NCBI GenBank assembly: GCA_963665295.1
Contig: OY762209.1
Coordinates: 1,408,001 to 1,472,000, forward strand
Source: Syntrophorhabdaceae bacterium
GTDB taxonomy: Bacteria > Desulfobacterota > Syntrophorhabdia > Syntrophorhabdales > Syntrophorhabdaceae
Direction of reading: 5' to 3'
Length of the DNA: 64,000 bases
The notes beneath the pieces were generated by a model, which worked only from the letters and a program-made list of their open reading frames with translations, had not been told where the DNA came from and made no database searches. The position numbers and the translations under genes are program-made. This document shows, one piece after another, positions 37,586 to 47,706 of the stretch (positions within the stretch are counted from its first letter, which is position 1; every line of letters starts with the position of its first letter).

Positions 37586-40048
37586 TCATTTCCCGGGCTC
37601 CGTGTAAGGGACCGCTTTTCCTTCCCTGAGGTCGTATTCGGTGCGGGTAATAATCTCCTCTTTCATGGCGTCGTTGAGGTCTTTGAAATAGGCCGAGTAC
37701 CCTGAGACCCTCACGAGAAGGTCCGGGTACTTCTCAGGGTTGTTTTTCGCGTCGAGAAGCAGGTCGTAGGACATGATGTTGAACTGGATGTGCATGCCCC
37801 CGCTTCTGAAGTAGGCCTCTATGGCCTGGGCGAATTTCACCATGTCCTCGTCGTCCTTCACTGAGGAGAATTTCAGATTGAGCGCTTCCCCCATAGGGAT
37901 GCACAGGCTGTCAAGCTCCCCCACCGCTCTCAGGCACTGGGCGAGGTCGGACGCGGCCTGGGACACGGGCGTAATGCCGCCGGCGAAGACCTTGTTCGCC
38001 TTCCTCCCGTTGGGAAGGGCGCCGGAAAGCTTCCCCTGCCCCGCGTGGTTCGTCATGCTCCAGTACGCGGGCTTGTATTTCCCTCCCCGGTAGTTCGTAT
38101 GGGACTGATAGAGCTTATAGAGAAACCGGACAAGGTTCCGGGCGTTTTTTCTCGCAATGGGATCATCCGTGCCGTACTTGGGCGTCTTGCGCGTAAGGTA
38201 TGCGTGGAGCTTCTCGTATCCTTGAAAATCCGCGCGGAGGGCCTGGAGCAGTTCCGCGAAGGAACACTTCTTGTCCACGAAGACCGCCTTTTCTATGGCG
38301 TTCAGGGAATCCACCGTGTCGGCGAACCCGATGTGGGTCGCCCCCGACGAATTATAGAGGGCCCCGCCGAAGATGAGATCCTCTCCCTTATCCATGGGAC
38401 CTTCGAAAAATGAGGAGAGGAGAGGGGTCGGGAGCAGTTCCTGGTGGGCGCGGCCGAAGTATTCGTTCAGTTCTATCGCGTTTCCGATGAGCCAGCGGAG
38501 CTGGGCCTTCAGGGCCTCCCAGAACTCCTCGAAGCTCCGGAACGCGGAGGGGTCCCCGGTCTCTATGGTCATGAGGTCATCCCCCGTTATGGGCCTGCGG
38601 CCGTTATAGAGGGTAACCTCAAGGGCCGAAACGAGATTGAACATGATCGAGCTCGACGCGTCGTAGCTTCTGCCGGGAACCCCCGGTTCGACACACCCGA
38701 TGATGGCGTAATCGCGGGCATGCTCCGTTTTTACGCCCTGGTTCTCAAGGGTCCTGATATCGGCGACGTCATTGTGGAAAGCGGGGACGGCCTTTGTGGC
38801 CACCACTACCTCGGCCACCCTGTTTCTGTACTCTGCGCTGTTCTTTTCATAGTTGTACCGGGCGTTGAGGCTCGGGTCTCTCATCCTCAGGAGTTCGGTC
38901 ACCTTGAGCATAAGGTACGTGAGATCATTGACGCAATCCTCGCCGTCACCATCGACGCCCCCCACCGTGACGGCGGGGACCGTCCCGGCGCCCCCGAAGA
39001 GCTCCTCGGCGGTCTCGGGCACGAGGTTCGTGTTGTCGTTGAGCTTGAGCCACAGGCAGGAGAGTATCTCCATCGCCTCCCGCACGGTAAGGGCCCCCCG
39101 GTCCGTATCGGCCCGGTAGTATGGATAGAGTATCTGGTCAAGCCTCCCGGGGCTCATGGCCATGTTGATGTTCTCCCCATGGATTGCGACCTGAACGATC
39201 CAGAGGCTGTTCACCGCCTCCCGGAAGGTGCTCGCAGGCTTGGCAGGGACCTTTTTCAATATTTCCGACATGGTCCGGAAGTTTTCCTTTCGAAAGGGGT
39301 CCGTGGCCGACCCGGCCAGCTCGGCCGCCTTGTCGCTCAGGTTATGCGCGTAGGCAATAATGCCTTGCATGGCGATCTGGACGGCCTGGTAAAAATCGGC
39401 CTTCCGCCGCCGCTCATCCGACAGGCTGCCTTCCGCCCGGATCGCGGCCTCCCTGGAAGCTGCATCGACGATAACGTATTCCAGACCCTTGCCGAGGGCT
39501 ACCGTGTAATCGGGTATGGTATGGGAAATGGCGCCCGCCTTGCTTGCGATGAAAAAGACCAGTTTCTCCAGGAGGTTCATGCACCGCGGGTTGTAGTGCT
39601 TCTTCCTCGTGTATTCCAGAATGTTCCGGTCCATCCAGTAGGGGAAGATATCGAAATTGAGCTCCTCCCCGTCGGCGGCCGAAAGGACGAGAGGGTTCTT
39701 CTCCCTCGTACTGATGGTGTCCAGTTCCGGCCATATAGTCATACCCGTCAGTTCGGGGTAGACCGGGGCCCCGAAGGGTTTTGAGGTCGTGGTCCCCGCG
39801 AGAAGGTTGTCGTCGAAAAAGAGAGGTTCCTTGTGGGCGAGGAAGAAATTGACCGCCCTCGCGTAACGGACCTCCATGGGTTCGCCGTCGGCGGACATAT
39901 CTTTCAGGTAGCGCGTAACATACCGCGCCCTTTCGATGCACACCTCAGGCCTCAGGGCCATCTGATTGTTTCTGAGTTTTTCCACAAGACCGAGGGCGGG
40001 CAGGGTATATTCCTGAAGCCGGATATCTTTGAGACCTATGGTTGCCAT
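37586..40048 (-). CDS. Glycyl radical enzyme (PFL2/eliminase-like), substrate unknown
   Basis: CIERA, PGRLDQ, single-Cys loop IIGCVEP, Gly loop DLLVRVSGYSAYF. Activase encoded downstream. Confidence 0.93.
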   Translation of the reverse strand: MATIGLKDIRLQEYTLPALGLVEKLRNNQMALRPEVCIERARYVTRYLKDMSADGEPMEVRYARAVNFFLAHKEPLFFDDNLLAGTTTSKPFGAPVYPELTGMTIWPELDTISTREKNPLVLSAADGEELNFDIFPYWMDRNILEYTRKKHYNPRCMNLLEKLVFFIASKAGAISHTIPDYTVALGKGLEYVIVDAASREAAIRAEGSLSDERRRKADFYQAVQIAMQGIIAYAHNLSDKAAELAGSATDPFRKENFRTMSEILKKVPAKPASTFREAVNSLWIVQVAIHGENINMAMSPGRLDQILYPYYRADTDRGALTVREAMEILSCLWLKLNDNTNLVPETAEELFGGAGTVPAVTVGGVDGDGEDCVNDLTYLMLKVTELLRMRDPSLNARYNYEKNSAEYRNRVAEVVVATKAVPAFHNDVADIRTLENQGVKTEHARDYAIIGCVEPGVPGRSYDASSSIMFNLVSALEVTLYNGRRPITGDDLMTIETGDPSAFRSFEEFWEALKAQLRWLIGNAIELNEYFGRAHQELLPTPLLSSFFEGPMDKGEDLIFGGALYNSSGATHIGFADTVDSLNAIEKAVFVDKKCSFAELLQALRADFQGYEKLHAYLTRKTPKYGTDDPIARKNARNLVRFLYKLYQSHTNYRGGKYKPAYWSMTNHAGQGKLSGALPNGRKANKVFAGGITPVSQAASDLAQCLRAVGELDSLCIPMGEALNLKFSSVKDDEDMVKFAQAIEAYFRSGGMHIQFNIMSYDLLLDAKNNPEKYPDLLVRVSGYSAYFKDLNDAMKEEIITRTEYDLREGKAVPYTEPGK

Positions 40049-40275
40049 CTATGCCTCCGTTCTAAGTCATCCGGGGTAGTGCTGAAGGATAAGAGTATCC
40101 CCGGAAATGTGGTTCGACGCGGTTTTATCAGAGTCGGATCAAACTGCCGACAGGAAAGCCCCTCATTGTCGTGGTCACCGCTTCTCCATTTTCCTGCAAT
40201 CGCGACGGTCTGTCAAGTGATATTGGACACCCTCCCCATGACACGACCCGGGTGGACCGGGGGCGCCCGCGCCCT

Positions 40276-40749
40276 TTATCCGCCTGTGTCCCGCCTCCAA
40301 TGCCGCCGGGCCCGGAGCGCCTTCAGGATCAGCGCCGTGCCTATTCCCCACGCACCGTTGATCACGAAAGCCGTGACGAGCAACCGGGCGTGCCAACCGC
40401 CGCCCATGGGCAGACCCTTCGCGGGGAACACGACCACGAGGGCCACCGCGGAAGGCAGGACCGCCCCGAAGAGGAACGCCGCGACCCAGTAGCCTGCTCC
40501 CCGGGGAAAGCGGGTCATGAGCGATACATAGGCCATGCCCCACACGCCTCCCCAGAAGGCGAGGGAGAATACTGCAGGCACTCCGAAGGGATGAGTGGCC
40601 GTGAGCGGGAAAGGCCTGAAAGGCGCGAAACCCGCGCCCCAAAGGGCAGCCAGCGCCAGTTGGTGGAAGATCAGGGTGGCGAAGAACCCCGCGATAAAAC
40701 CCCGGGTTAACTCCGCGCCGCGGCCCGTGTGTTCCGTGTCTTCGGTCAT
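40276..40749 (-). CDS. Small multi-TM membrane protein
   Basis: GGGAGG upstream, four hydrophobic segments. Confidence 0.75.
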   Translation of the reverse strand: MTEDTEHTGRGAELTRGFIAGFFATLIFHQLALAALWGAGFAPFRPFPLTATHPFGVPAVFSLAFWGGVWGMAYVSLMTRFPRGAGYWVAAFLFGAVLPSAVALVVVFPAKGLPMGGGWHARLLVTAFVINGAWGIGTALILKALRARRHWRRDTGG

Positions 40750-40994
40750 ATGTCCTCCCGTGGGAACATGGTGTAAAAGCCTCTATGATGAAGCGTAATG
40801 GCGGAGGCGGGCTATTGCAAGGGTCAGGGCGGGGGCGGTGGCCCGGACAAAGGCCTCCCGGGACAGGGCGAACATTTTGTATTGAATTAGGGACTTCATT
40901 GTGAGAATACTATTAAAACGAATTCCCGCCGGAAATGCGGGGAAGGTGACGCAAAAGTGAGTAACGACTTTGCGGGGCAAGGGAGGGCCAGAGC

Positions 40995-42239
40995 ATGTCT
41001 TCGGGGGCAAAAACTAAGGCGGGAGTGGGGTTTTGCGACAGCAGCGACGCGCTCTTCGCAGGCACCCATGCGGCGCGGGAGGCCCTTCGATCAGGGGCCG
41101 TGACGCGGCCTGATTTCGTCTACGCCTTCTGTCACGGAAAACTGGACCACGAGGGGTTTTACGCAGGAGTGAGGCAGGTCGTCGGCCGGGACGCGCCCAT
41201 CGTGGGCGGCTCCGCGGTGGGTGTGGTGACCAATGACCGGCTTTGCTACGAGGGATTCCCTTCAGGGGTCGCCGTCATCGAGAGCGACCGGATCCTTCAC
41301 CGGGTCGCCGCTGCGGGGGACCTGGATAAGGGGGAGGAAGCATCGGGACTCAGTCTCGCCCGATCCCTTGCCGCAGGCCCGGGCGACCGGATGGCCCTTC
41401 TTTTTTTCGACTGGGTCCGGAGCGCCGCTACAGGCGACACGCCCCCGGTCCTCAATGCCTCGGCCCCTTTTCTTGCCGGTGTGGCGCAGGGGATGGACCC
41501 CGGAGTGCCGGTGGTCGGGGCAGGGCTCGTGGGGACCTACCAGATCGACAGGGGAAAACAGTTCTGCGGTTCCTACGTGGGTTCCCAGCAGGCGGTAGGC
41601 GTTGCCCTTTCGGGTGACTGCGCCGTTTACTCCAGAATCATGCACGGCTGTAGCCCCCTGGACGGGATTTACCGTACCATCACGAGGATGGAGGGCTCCT
41701 TTATCTATGAACTCGACGGCAGGCCGATCGTCGGCATCATGGACGACCTCTTCGGCAACAAGGAGTGGCGGTCCCGAAAGCCCGTCAATTACCTCACCCT
41801 GGGTGTCAATTACGGCGACAGGTACGGCGAACCCCGGGAGGCCAATTATGTGAACCGTCTCATGATCGGCGTGCTCCCTGATTCGAGCGGGGTGAGCCTG
41901 TTTGAGCCGGACTTTCATGAGGGCGTGGAGATTCAGTTCATGCTCCGGGACACGAAAAAGATGGTGGAGTCGGCGAGGGCCAACTCGCGGGAATTGATGG
42001 AGATCATAAGGGAAAGAGGGCAGAGGCCCGTCTTTGCCCTCTATATAGACTGCGCGGGCAGGACCATGGAATATTCGAGCTCCACCGAAGAGGAATCGGC
42101 TGAAGTGCAGCGCGTGTGCAACCGGTACGGCGTCCCCCTTCTGGGGTTCTATACAGGCGTCGAGATAGCCCCTCTGCTCGGCAGGAGCAGGGGACTCGAC
42201 TGGACGGGGGTGCTCGCGGTGGTGGCAGAGGATATGTAA
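40995..42239 (+). CDS. FIST-domain (NosP-like) sensory protein
   Basis: IVGGSAVG, HGCSPL, IYELDGRP, DCAGR, LGFYTGVEI. Confidence 0.88.
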   Translation: MSSGAKTKAGVGFCDSSDALFAGTHAAREALRSGAVTRPDFVYAFCHGKLDHEGFYAGVRQVVGRDAPIVGGSAVGVVTNDRLCYEGFPSGVAVIESDRILHRVAAAGDLDKGEEASGLSLARSLAAGPGDRMALLFFDWVRSAATGDTPPVLNASAPFLAGVAQGMDPGVPVVGAGLVGTYQIDRGKQFCGSYVGSQQAVGVALSGDCAVYSRIMHGCSPLDGIYRTITRMEGSFIYELDGRPIVGIMDDLFGNKEWRSRKPVNYLTLGVNYGDRYGEPREANYVNRLMIGVLPDSSGVSLFEPDFHEGVEIQFMLRDTKKMVESARANSRELMEIIRERGQRPVFALYIDCAGRTMEYSSSTEEESAEVQRVCNRYGVPLLGFYTGVEIAPLLGRSRGLDWTGVLAVVAEDM

Positions 42240-42240
42240 T

Positions 42241-43935
42241 ATGGGTGATCCGGCCATGGAACAGCAGGAGAAGATCGCCCTGCTGGAGAGGCTTCTCGAA
42301 GAGGAACGGTCCAAAAGTGCGTATTACAGGGCCATGTCGGAAGAGAGGGGAAAAACGGCCTTCCGCGAGATCGCCGACCTGTCGGAGGCCCTCCAGAAGT
42401 ACAGGCAGACCGAAAGGGCCCTGAGGGAATCGGAGGAGCGCTACCGCGTGGCCATCGAGGATTGCCACGATGGTGTGGCCATCATCAGGGACGGCCTCCA
42501 TGTCTATGTAAACCGGCGGCTCGTGGAGATGTTCGGGTATGAGGGCGCCGAAGACATTATCGGGAGTCCGTCCACGATCCTGGTCCATCCCGACGACAAG
42601 GACAAGGTTTTCAACTATATCGTGATGCGCCTGAGAGGTGAGGCCACGCCTTCGCGGTACGAGTTCAAAGGCGTCCGGCGGGACAACGCCGCGGTGTATG
42701 TCGAAGCGGCGGTGACCACCATAACGTACAAGGACGACATCGCGGTCCTTGTGTACCTCCGGGATATCGCGGACAGGAGGAGGCTGGAGGAGGAACTCCT
42801 GAAGGCGAGCAAGCTGGAGTCCCTGGGCACCCTCGCGGGCGGCATCGCCCATGATTTCAACAACATCATGACTGCCATCATGGGTAACATCTCCCTGGCG
42901 AAGATGAGCACCAAACCTGACAACCCGTCATACAGGCGCCTCGTGGGGGCCGAGCAGGCGGTGCACAGGGCGAAGGACCTGACCCAGCAGTTGCTTACCT
43001 TCTCAAAAGGCGGTACTCCCATAAAGAAGACCACGGGCATTACCCATATCCTTGAAGATTCCACCAACTTCACCCTTACGGGCTCGAATGTGCGGTGCTT
43101 CTTTTCCCTTCCCCGCGACCTTTGGAATGCAGACGTGGACGAGGGGCAGATGAGCCAGGTAGTCCAGAACCTGGTGATCAACGCGAAAGAGGCCATGCCC
43201 ATGGGAGGCACTATCGAAGTAAAGGCCGAAAATGTGACCATAGAGGATGAAGAAGGGTTCGCCGCCCTTGTCCCCGGGAGGGGCGCGTACCTGAAGGTAT
43301 CCATAAAGGACCATGGGATCGGGATACCGGAGGAATATATCGACAAGATCTTCGATCCTTTCTTCACGACCAAGAACAGGGGGAGCGGGCTGGGGCTTGC
43401 GACCTCCTATTCCATAATCAGGAAGCACGGGGGGTTCATCCAGGCAAAATCCCATCTCGGCATAGGGACCACCTTCACCGTCTACCTTCCGGCCACGCGA
43501 AAGAAGGTCTTTGTCGCGGGAGGGGACAAGCCGGGGGTGACCTCGGGTAAAGGAAAGATCCTCCTCATGGACGACGAGGAGATCGTGCGCGACACCATAG
43601 GCGAAATGCTTTCATACCTGGGCTACCGGACGGAATTTGCGAAAGACGGCGTGGAGGCCATCGACCTCTACGTGCATGCCCGGAAGAACAACGACCCCTT
43701 TGACATGGTGATCCTCGACCTGACCGTCCCGGGGGGCATGGGAGGGCAGGAGGCCATGGAGGAATTCCTTGTGTTGGACCCTCACATCAAGGCCATAGTG
43801 TCGAGCGGATACGCGAATAATCGGATCATGTCCGAGTTCGGGCGCTATGGTTTTGTCGATGTCATTTCAAAACCTTACAAACTCGAAGAATTGAGCGAAA
43901 CGGTTTCGAGGGTTATGGAAAAAATATCCCGGTAA
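42241..43935 (+). CDS. PAS hybrid histidine kinase with receiver domain
   Basis: GTLAGGIAHDFNN, QNLVINA, FDPFFTT, GSGLGL, LLMDDE, LDLTVPGGMGG. Confidence 0.95.
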   Translation: MGDPAMEQQEKIALLERLLEEERSKSAYYRAMSEERGKTAFREIADLSEALQKYRQTERALRESEERYRVAIEDCHDGVAIIRDGLHVYVNRRLVEMFGYEGAEDIIGSPSTILVHPDDKDKVFNYIVMRLRGEATPSRYEFKGVRRDNAAVYVEAAVTTITYKDDIAVLVYLRDIADRRRLEEELLKASKLESLGTLAGGIAHDFNNIMTAIMGNISLAKMSTKPDNPSYRRLVGAEQAVHRAKDLTQQLLTFSKGGTPIKKTTGITHILEDSTNFTLTGSNVRCFFSLPRDLWNADVDEGQMSQVVQNLVINAKEAMPMGGTIEVKAENVTIEDEEGFAALVPGRGAYLKVSIKDHGIGIPEEYIDKIFDPFFTTKNRGSGLGLATSYSIIRKHGGFIQAKSHLGIGTTFTVYLPATRKKVFVAGGDKPGVTSGKGKILLMDDEEIVRDTIGEMLSYLGYRTEFAKDGVEAIDLYVHARKNNDPFDMVILDLTVPGGMGGQEAMEEFLVLDPHIKAIVSSGYANNRIMSEFGRYGFVDVISKPYKLEELSETVSRVMEKISR

Positions 43936-43944
43936 AATTTCTGC

Positions 43945-44004
43945 TTGACATAGTTGGAAGCCATATATAGTATACATGTCAGGTAACATCACTAAATATA
44001 GGGG
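43945..44004 (+). promoter_or_regulatory. nrdD promoter with tandem NrdR boxes
   Basis: TTGACA-17 bp-TAGTAT. Boxes AAGCCATATATAGTAT (43958) and TCACTAAATATAGGGG (43989) lie 31 bp apart and resemble acaCwAtATaTwGtgt. Confidence 0.8.
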
Positions 44005-44010
44005 GCATTG

Positions 44011-46095
44011 ATGGAGACTACTGACTTAAACCTTTTTGTCCGGACGTCGGAAGAGTCCATTTCGGATTGGGATAGAACCAAGATAGTGGACGCCCTCATC
44101 AGGGAGACACTGATCGACCACGACACTGCGAACGAAATAAGTAAAGATGTGGAGCGGATGGTCAGAAAATCGGGCATAAAGGTGGTAACTGCGCCCCTCA
44201 TCAGGGAAATCGTGAACGCCAAGCTCATTGAGAAAGGGCTTGAAGCCCCACGTAAGATGCATACAAGGCTCGGTATGCCGGTATATGACGTGGACAACCT
44301 CATCCTCCATCCCAACAAGGAGAATGCAAACGTGCCCCACGGTCCCGAGGCGACCAACCTGACCCTTGCGGAGAGGATAAAGAAGGAGTACGCCCTTCTT
44401 TCCGTGTTTTCTCCGGATGTGGCGGATGCCCACATGAACGGGGACATCCACCTCCACGACCTCGGCTTCATCGACAGGCCCTATTGCAGCGGCCAGTCCC
44501 TGGAGTATATCAAGAAGTTCGGACTCGACCTTCCCCATTCGCTCTCCATGGCGAAGCCGGCGAAACAGCCTGAAGTGCTTCTTGCCCACCTCATCAAGTT
44601 CGCCGCCGCCCTGCAGAGCAACTTCGCGGGTGCCATAGGATGGGATGCGGTCAACATATTTTTCGCCCCCTACATCGAGGGGATGGCCGACGAAGACGTG
44701 AAACAGCTTGCCCAGATGCTCATATTCGAGTTTTCCCAGCAGGCGGTTGCGAGGGGCGGTCAGGCGATATTCTCCGATATCAATATCTACTGGGAAGTAC
44801 CCAAACACTTCGTGGATGTCCCGGCCATCGGCCCCGGCGGCAAGTTCACCGGCAAGACCTACGGTGAGTACGAGAAAGAGGGGCAGAGATTTGCGTGGAA
44901 GCTCTTCGAGGTTTTCAAGGAAGGCGACGGCGCGGGAAGGCCTTTTTTCTTCCCCAAACCGATCGTGCATATTACGGAGAAGTTTTTCCGCACGCCGGAC
45001 CACATGGATTTTCTCTACCACATCTGTGATGTGGCAGCGGACAAGGGGAACACCTATTACGTATTCGACAGGGGCGACACGGCCAAGATATCGGAGTGCT
45101 GCCGCCTGAGTTTCAAGCTTGAGGAACATGACCTTCTCGATGCAAAGGAACCGTGGAGGATGCGGTATTGCGCCCTCCAGAACGTGTCGGTGAACCTTCC
45201 GAGAATTGCGTACCTGGCGCAGAATGACGATACCAAGCTGTTCAATCTCCTCACGGAGCGGTTCGTCCTTGCTGTCCGGGCCCACAAGGAAAAGAGGGTC
45301 TTCCTGGAAAGGCTCCTCTCTCTCGGCGAAGACGGCCCCCTTTCCCTGCTCACCATGAACAGGGACGGCGCGCCTTACCTCAGGTTCAACCTCGCCTCAC
45401 ACCTCATCGGCATGGTGGGCCTCAACGAGATGGTCCAGGTCCACACGGGCGAGGAACTTCATGAGTCCAAGAAAGCCCTGAAATTCGGGCTCAAGGTAAT
45501 AGCCCACATGAACCTCCTCGCCGATAAGATGAAAAGGCAGGAAGGCATGAGGATCCTCCTCGAACAGACCCCGGCGGAGAGCACGAGCTACAGGTTTGCG
45601 CGGCTCGACCTCAGGTACTTTTCTCCTGCCTCGGGAAGGGTGGTAAAAGGCGATATCGCGACAGGCGAGGTTTACTACACCAACTCCACCCATGTAAACG
45701 TGAAGGTCCCCATGAACCCCATAGAGAGGGTCACGAGCGAAGGCATATTCCATCCCCTCATAGAGGCAGGGTCTATTTCCCACGTGTGGCTGGGCGAATC
45801 ACAGCCGTCGAAGGAGGCCATAGCCGACTTTGTCATAAAGACTTTTAAATTTACCACCAATGATCAGATCGCTTTCTCCCCGGAGTTTACTACATGCAAC
45901 AAATGCCACAGGACGGGAAGGGGCCTTCAGGACACATGCTCCTACTGCGGTTCCACCGATGTTGACGGCATAACGAGGATTACAGGGTATTTTACGAAGG
46001 TGTCGAGTTGGAACAAAGGGAAGCTCGGCGAGTTGAAGGACAGGCACCGGAATGTCGAGTTCTTCTCAGGCGACGTGGCAGCAGTAAACGAGTAG
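44011..46095 (+). CDS. nrdD: Anaerobic (class III) ribonucleoside-triphosphate reductase
   Basis: N-terminal ATP cone, GDIHLHDL, SECCRL, EQTPAES, YYTNS, CxxC...CxxC, TRITGY. TTG at 44008 is an alternative start. Confidence 0.96.
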   Translation: METTDLNLFVRTSEESISDWDRTKIVDALIRETLIDHDTANEISKDVERMVRKSGIKVVTAPLIREIVNAKLIEKGLEAPRKMHTRLGMPVYDVDNLILHPNKENANVPHGPEATNLTLAERIKKEYALLSVFSPDVADAHMNGDIHLHDLGFIDRPYCSGQSLEYIKKFGLDLPHSLSMAKPAKQPEVLLAHLIKFAAALQSNFAGAIGWDAVNIFFAPYIEGMADEDVKQLAQMLIFEFSQQAVARGGQAIFSDINIYWEVPKHFVDVPAIGPGGKFTGKTYGEYEKEGQRFAWKLFEVFKEGDGAGRPFFFPKPIVHITEKFFRTPDHMDFLYHICDVAADKGNTYYVFDRGDTAKISECCRLSFKLEEHDLLDAKEPWRMRYCALQNVSVNLPRIAYLAQNDDTKLFNLLTERFVLAVRAHKEKRVFLERLLSLGEDGPLSLLTMNRDGAPYLRFNLASHLIGMVGLNEMVQVHTGEELHESKKALKFGLKVIAHMNLLADKMKRQEGMRILLEQTPAESTSYRFARLDLRYFSPASGRVVKGDIATGEVYYTNSTHVNVKVPMNPIERVTSEGIFHPLIEAGSISHVWLGESQPSKEAIADFVIKTFKFTTNDQIAFSPEFTTCNKCHRTGRGLQDTCSYCGSTDVDGITRITGYFTKVSSWNKGKLGELKDRHRNVEFFSGDVAAVNE

Positions 46096-46138
46096 GGAAG
46101 CAGTTCATAATTTACTCAAGAGAGGAGGATTACACGAT

Positions 46139-46399
46139 ATGAGCGTAGTGAAGATATTTTATAAAGACGATTGCCCCATGTGTCCTATGGCGAAGCAGCT
46201 TGGAGAAACCCTCAAGGAAAAGAATATCGGTGTTGTCTCATATAATACGGGAACCGCGGAAGGGCTGGCGGAGGCCACATATTACCGCGTCATGGCCCTC
46301 CCCACCGTGGTGGTGGAGGACGAAATGGAGAACGAAATCGGCGAGTGGAGAGGGAAAGTGCCGAAGCTGGAGGAGGTTTTGAACACGTTCCATGGTTGA
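46139..46399 (+). CDS. Thioredoxin/glutaredoxin-like (NrdH-like) protein
   Basis: CPMC motif and LPTVVV cis-Pro motif; lies between nrdD and nrdG. Confidence 0.85.
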   Translation: MSVVKIFYKDDCPMCPMAKQLGETLKEKNIGVVSYNTGTAEGLAEATYYRVMALPTVVVEDEMENEIGEWRGKVPKLEEVLNTFHG

Positions 46400-47117
46400 T
46401 GCCCCTCCCATCAAAGGTTTCATCGAAACCAGTTTCATTGACTGGAAAGGGAAGCTCTCGTCGGTGATTTTTACCGGGGGGTGCAATTTCAGGTGCCCCT
46501 ACTGTCATAACAGCGGTCTTGTCCTGGACCCGGGGCAGTTCCCGGACGTACCCATGGACCACCTGTTCCTCACCCTGAAGAAGTACAGGAACTGGGTGGA
46601 CAGGATCGTGATCACCGGTGGAGAACCCACCATCCATAGCGGGCTTCTTCCTTTCGTGCGCCGGCTGAAGGACGCGGGCATGGAGATCAAGCTCGATACC
46701 AACGGCTCGAACCCGTCTGCGGTGAGAGATATCGTAAAGGAGGGGCTCGTCGATTACATCGCCATGGACATGAAGGGCCCCGTGGGAGAGTACAGGAGAT
46801 GGTGCGGCGTGGAAGTGAGCGCCGCCGACATAGAGGAAAGCATCGATTTCATCCTGGAGGGGAACGTGGACTACGAGTTCAGGATGACGGTGGTCCCCTT
46901 CCTTCACAGGGAGGAAGACGTGTATCGCGCGGCGGAAAGGGTGAGGGCCGCGAAGAGGTTTTTCATCCAGGAGTTCAAGCCCACCGGGACGCTTAATCCC
47001 GCGTTCTCCCAGATAAAGCCGTTTTCCCCGGGCAAGACTGCCCGGATAAAGGAAAATGTCGCCCAAATCCTGCGGTCGGCAGGCCCCGCACCGGAGCTTG
47101 AGAACTCAAAAGGGTAG
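46392..47117 (+). CDS. nrdG: Anaerobic RNR activating protein (radical SAM)
   Basis: FTGGCNFRCPYCHN, ITGGEPT, KLDTNGS, AMDMKGP. Confidence 0.9.
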   Translation: MVDAPPIKGFIETSFIDWKGKLSSVIFTGGCNFRCPYCHNSGLVLDPGQFPDVPMDHLFLTLKKYRNWVDRIVITGGEPTIHSGLLPFVRRLKDAGMEIKLDTNGSNPSAVRDIVKEGLVDYIAMDMKGPVGEYRRWCGVEVSAADIEESIDFILEGNVDYEFRMTVVPFLHREEDVYRAAERVRAAKRFFIQEFKPTGTLNPAFSQIKPFSPGKTARIKENVAQILRSAGPAPELENSKG

Positions 47118-47148
47118 GCAAGAGGCGTTGCCCCGGAGGCCGAAGGGC

Positions 47149-47586
47149 CTATTTTCTGCCGATCTGCTCGTGGAGTTGAGCGATCTCGGTCCCCTGTTCC
47201 TTGATAATGGCTTTGACCACATCCCCGATGGAGACGAGACCCACCAGCTTACCCTTGTCAAAGACCGGCAGGTGCCTGAAACGTTTTTCCGTCATGAGTG
47301 AAATGCATTCATCGACCGTTGTGGAGGGGAATACGACGTAGAGGTCCTTTACCATGATGTCCCCGGGGAAGGTTTCCTTTGAGGACCGCCCTTTGAGTAT
47401 TACCTTCCGCGCGTAATCCCGTTCCGATATGATCCCTGCCACGCCGCCTTCTTCGTCCAGGACGACCACCGCTCCTATGCCCTTTTCATGCATCAACCGG
47501 AGTGCGTCGTACATGGAGGTATCATATGAAACGGCCCAGACCTCGTTCCCTTTGAGCTGCAAGATTTCGCCTACCGTGGTCTTCAT
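47149..47586 (-). CDS. CBS-domain pair protein
   Basis: IGAVVV, GIISERDYARK, RHLPV, GLVSIGDVVK. Confidence 0.92.
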   Translation of the reverse strand: MKTTVGEILQLKGNEVWAVSYDTSMYDALRLMHEKGIGAVVVLDEEGGVAGIISERDYARKVILKGRSSKETFPGDIMVKDLYVVFPSTTVDECISLMTEKRFRHLPVFDKGKLVGLVSIGDVVKAIIKEQGTEIAQLHEQIGRK

Positions 47587-47706
47587 AGCTGCCTCCTCGG
47601 GTGGGACTATATATAAACAGTATAGCAGATAATATCCCCTGCGAGGCCGGGGCGTGGATGGGGCGGAGGATGGGCATCCGTTTCTGGGGTGAGGGCGGGG
47701 AAAGGC

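Noticed and set aside
40920..40975. GGAAA...GACGCAAAAG resembling a c-di-GMP-I riboswitch
   Set aside because: Lacks the upstream GGCAAA element and the matching second stem.
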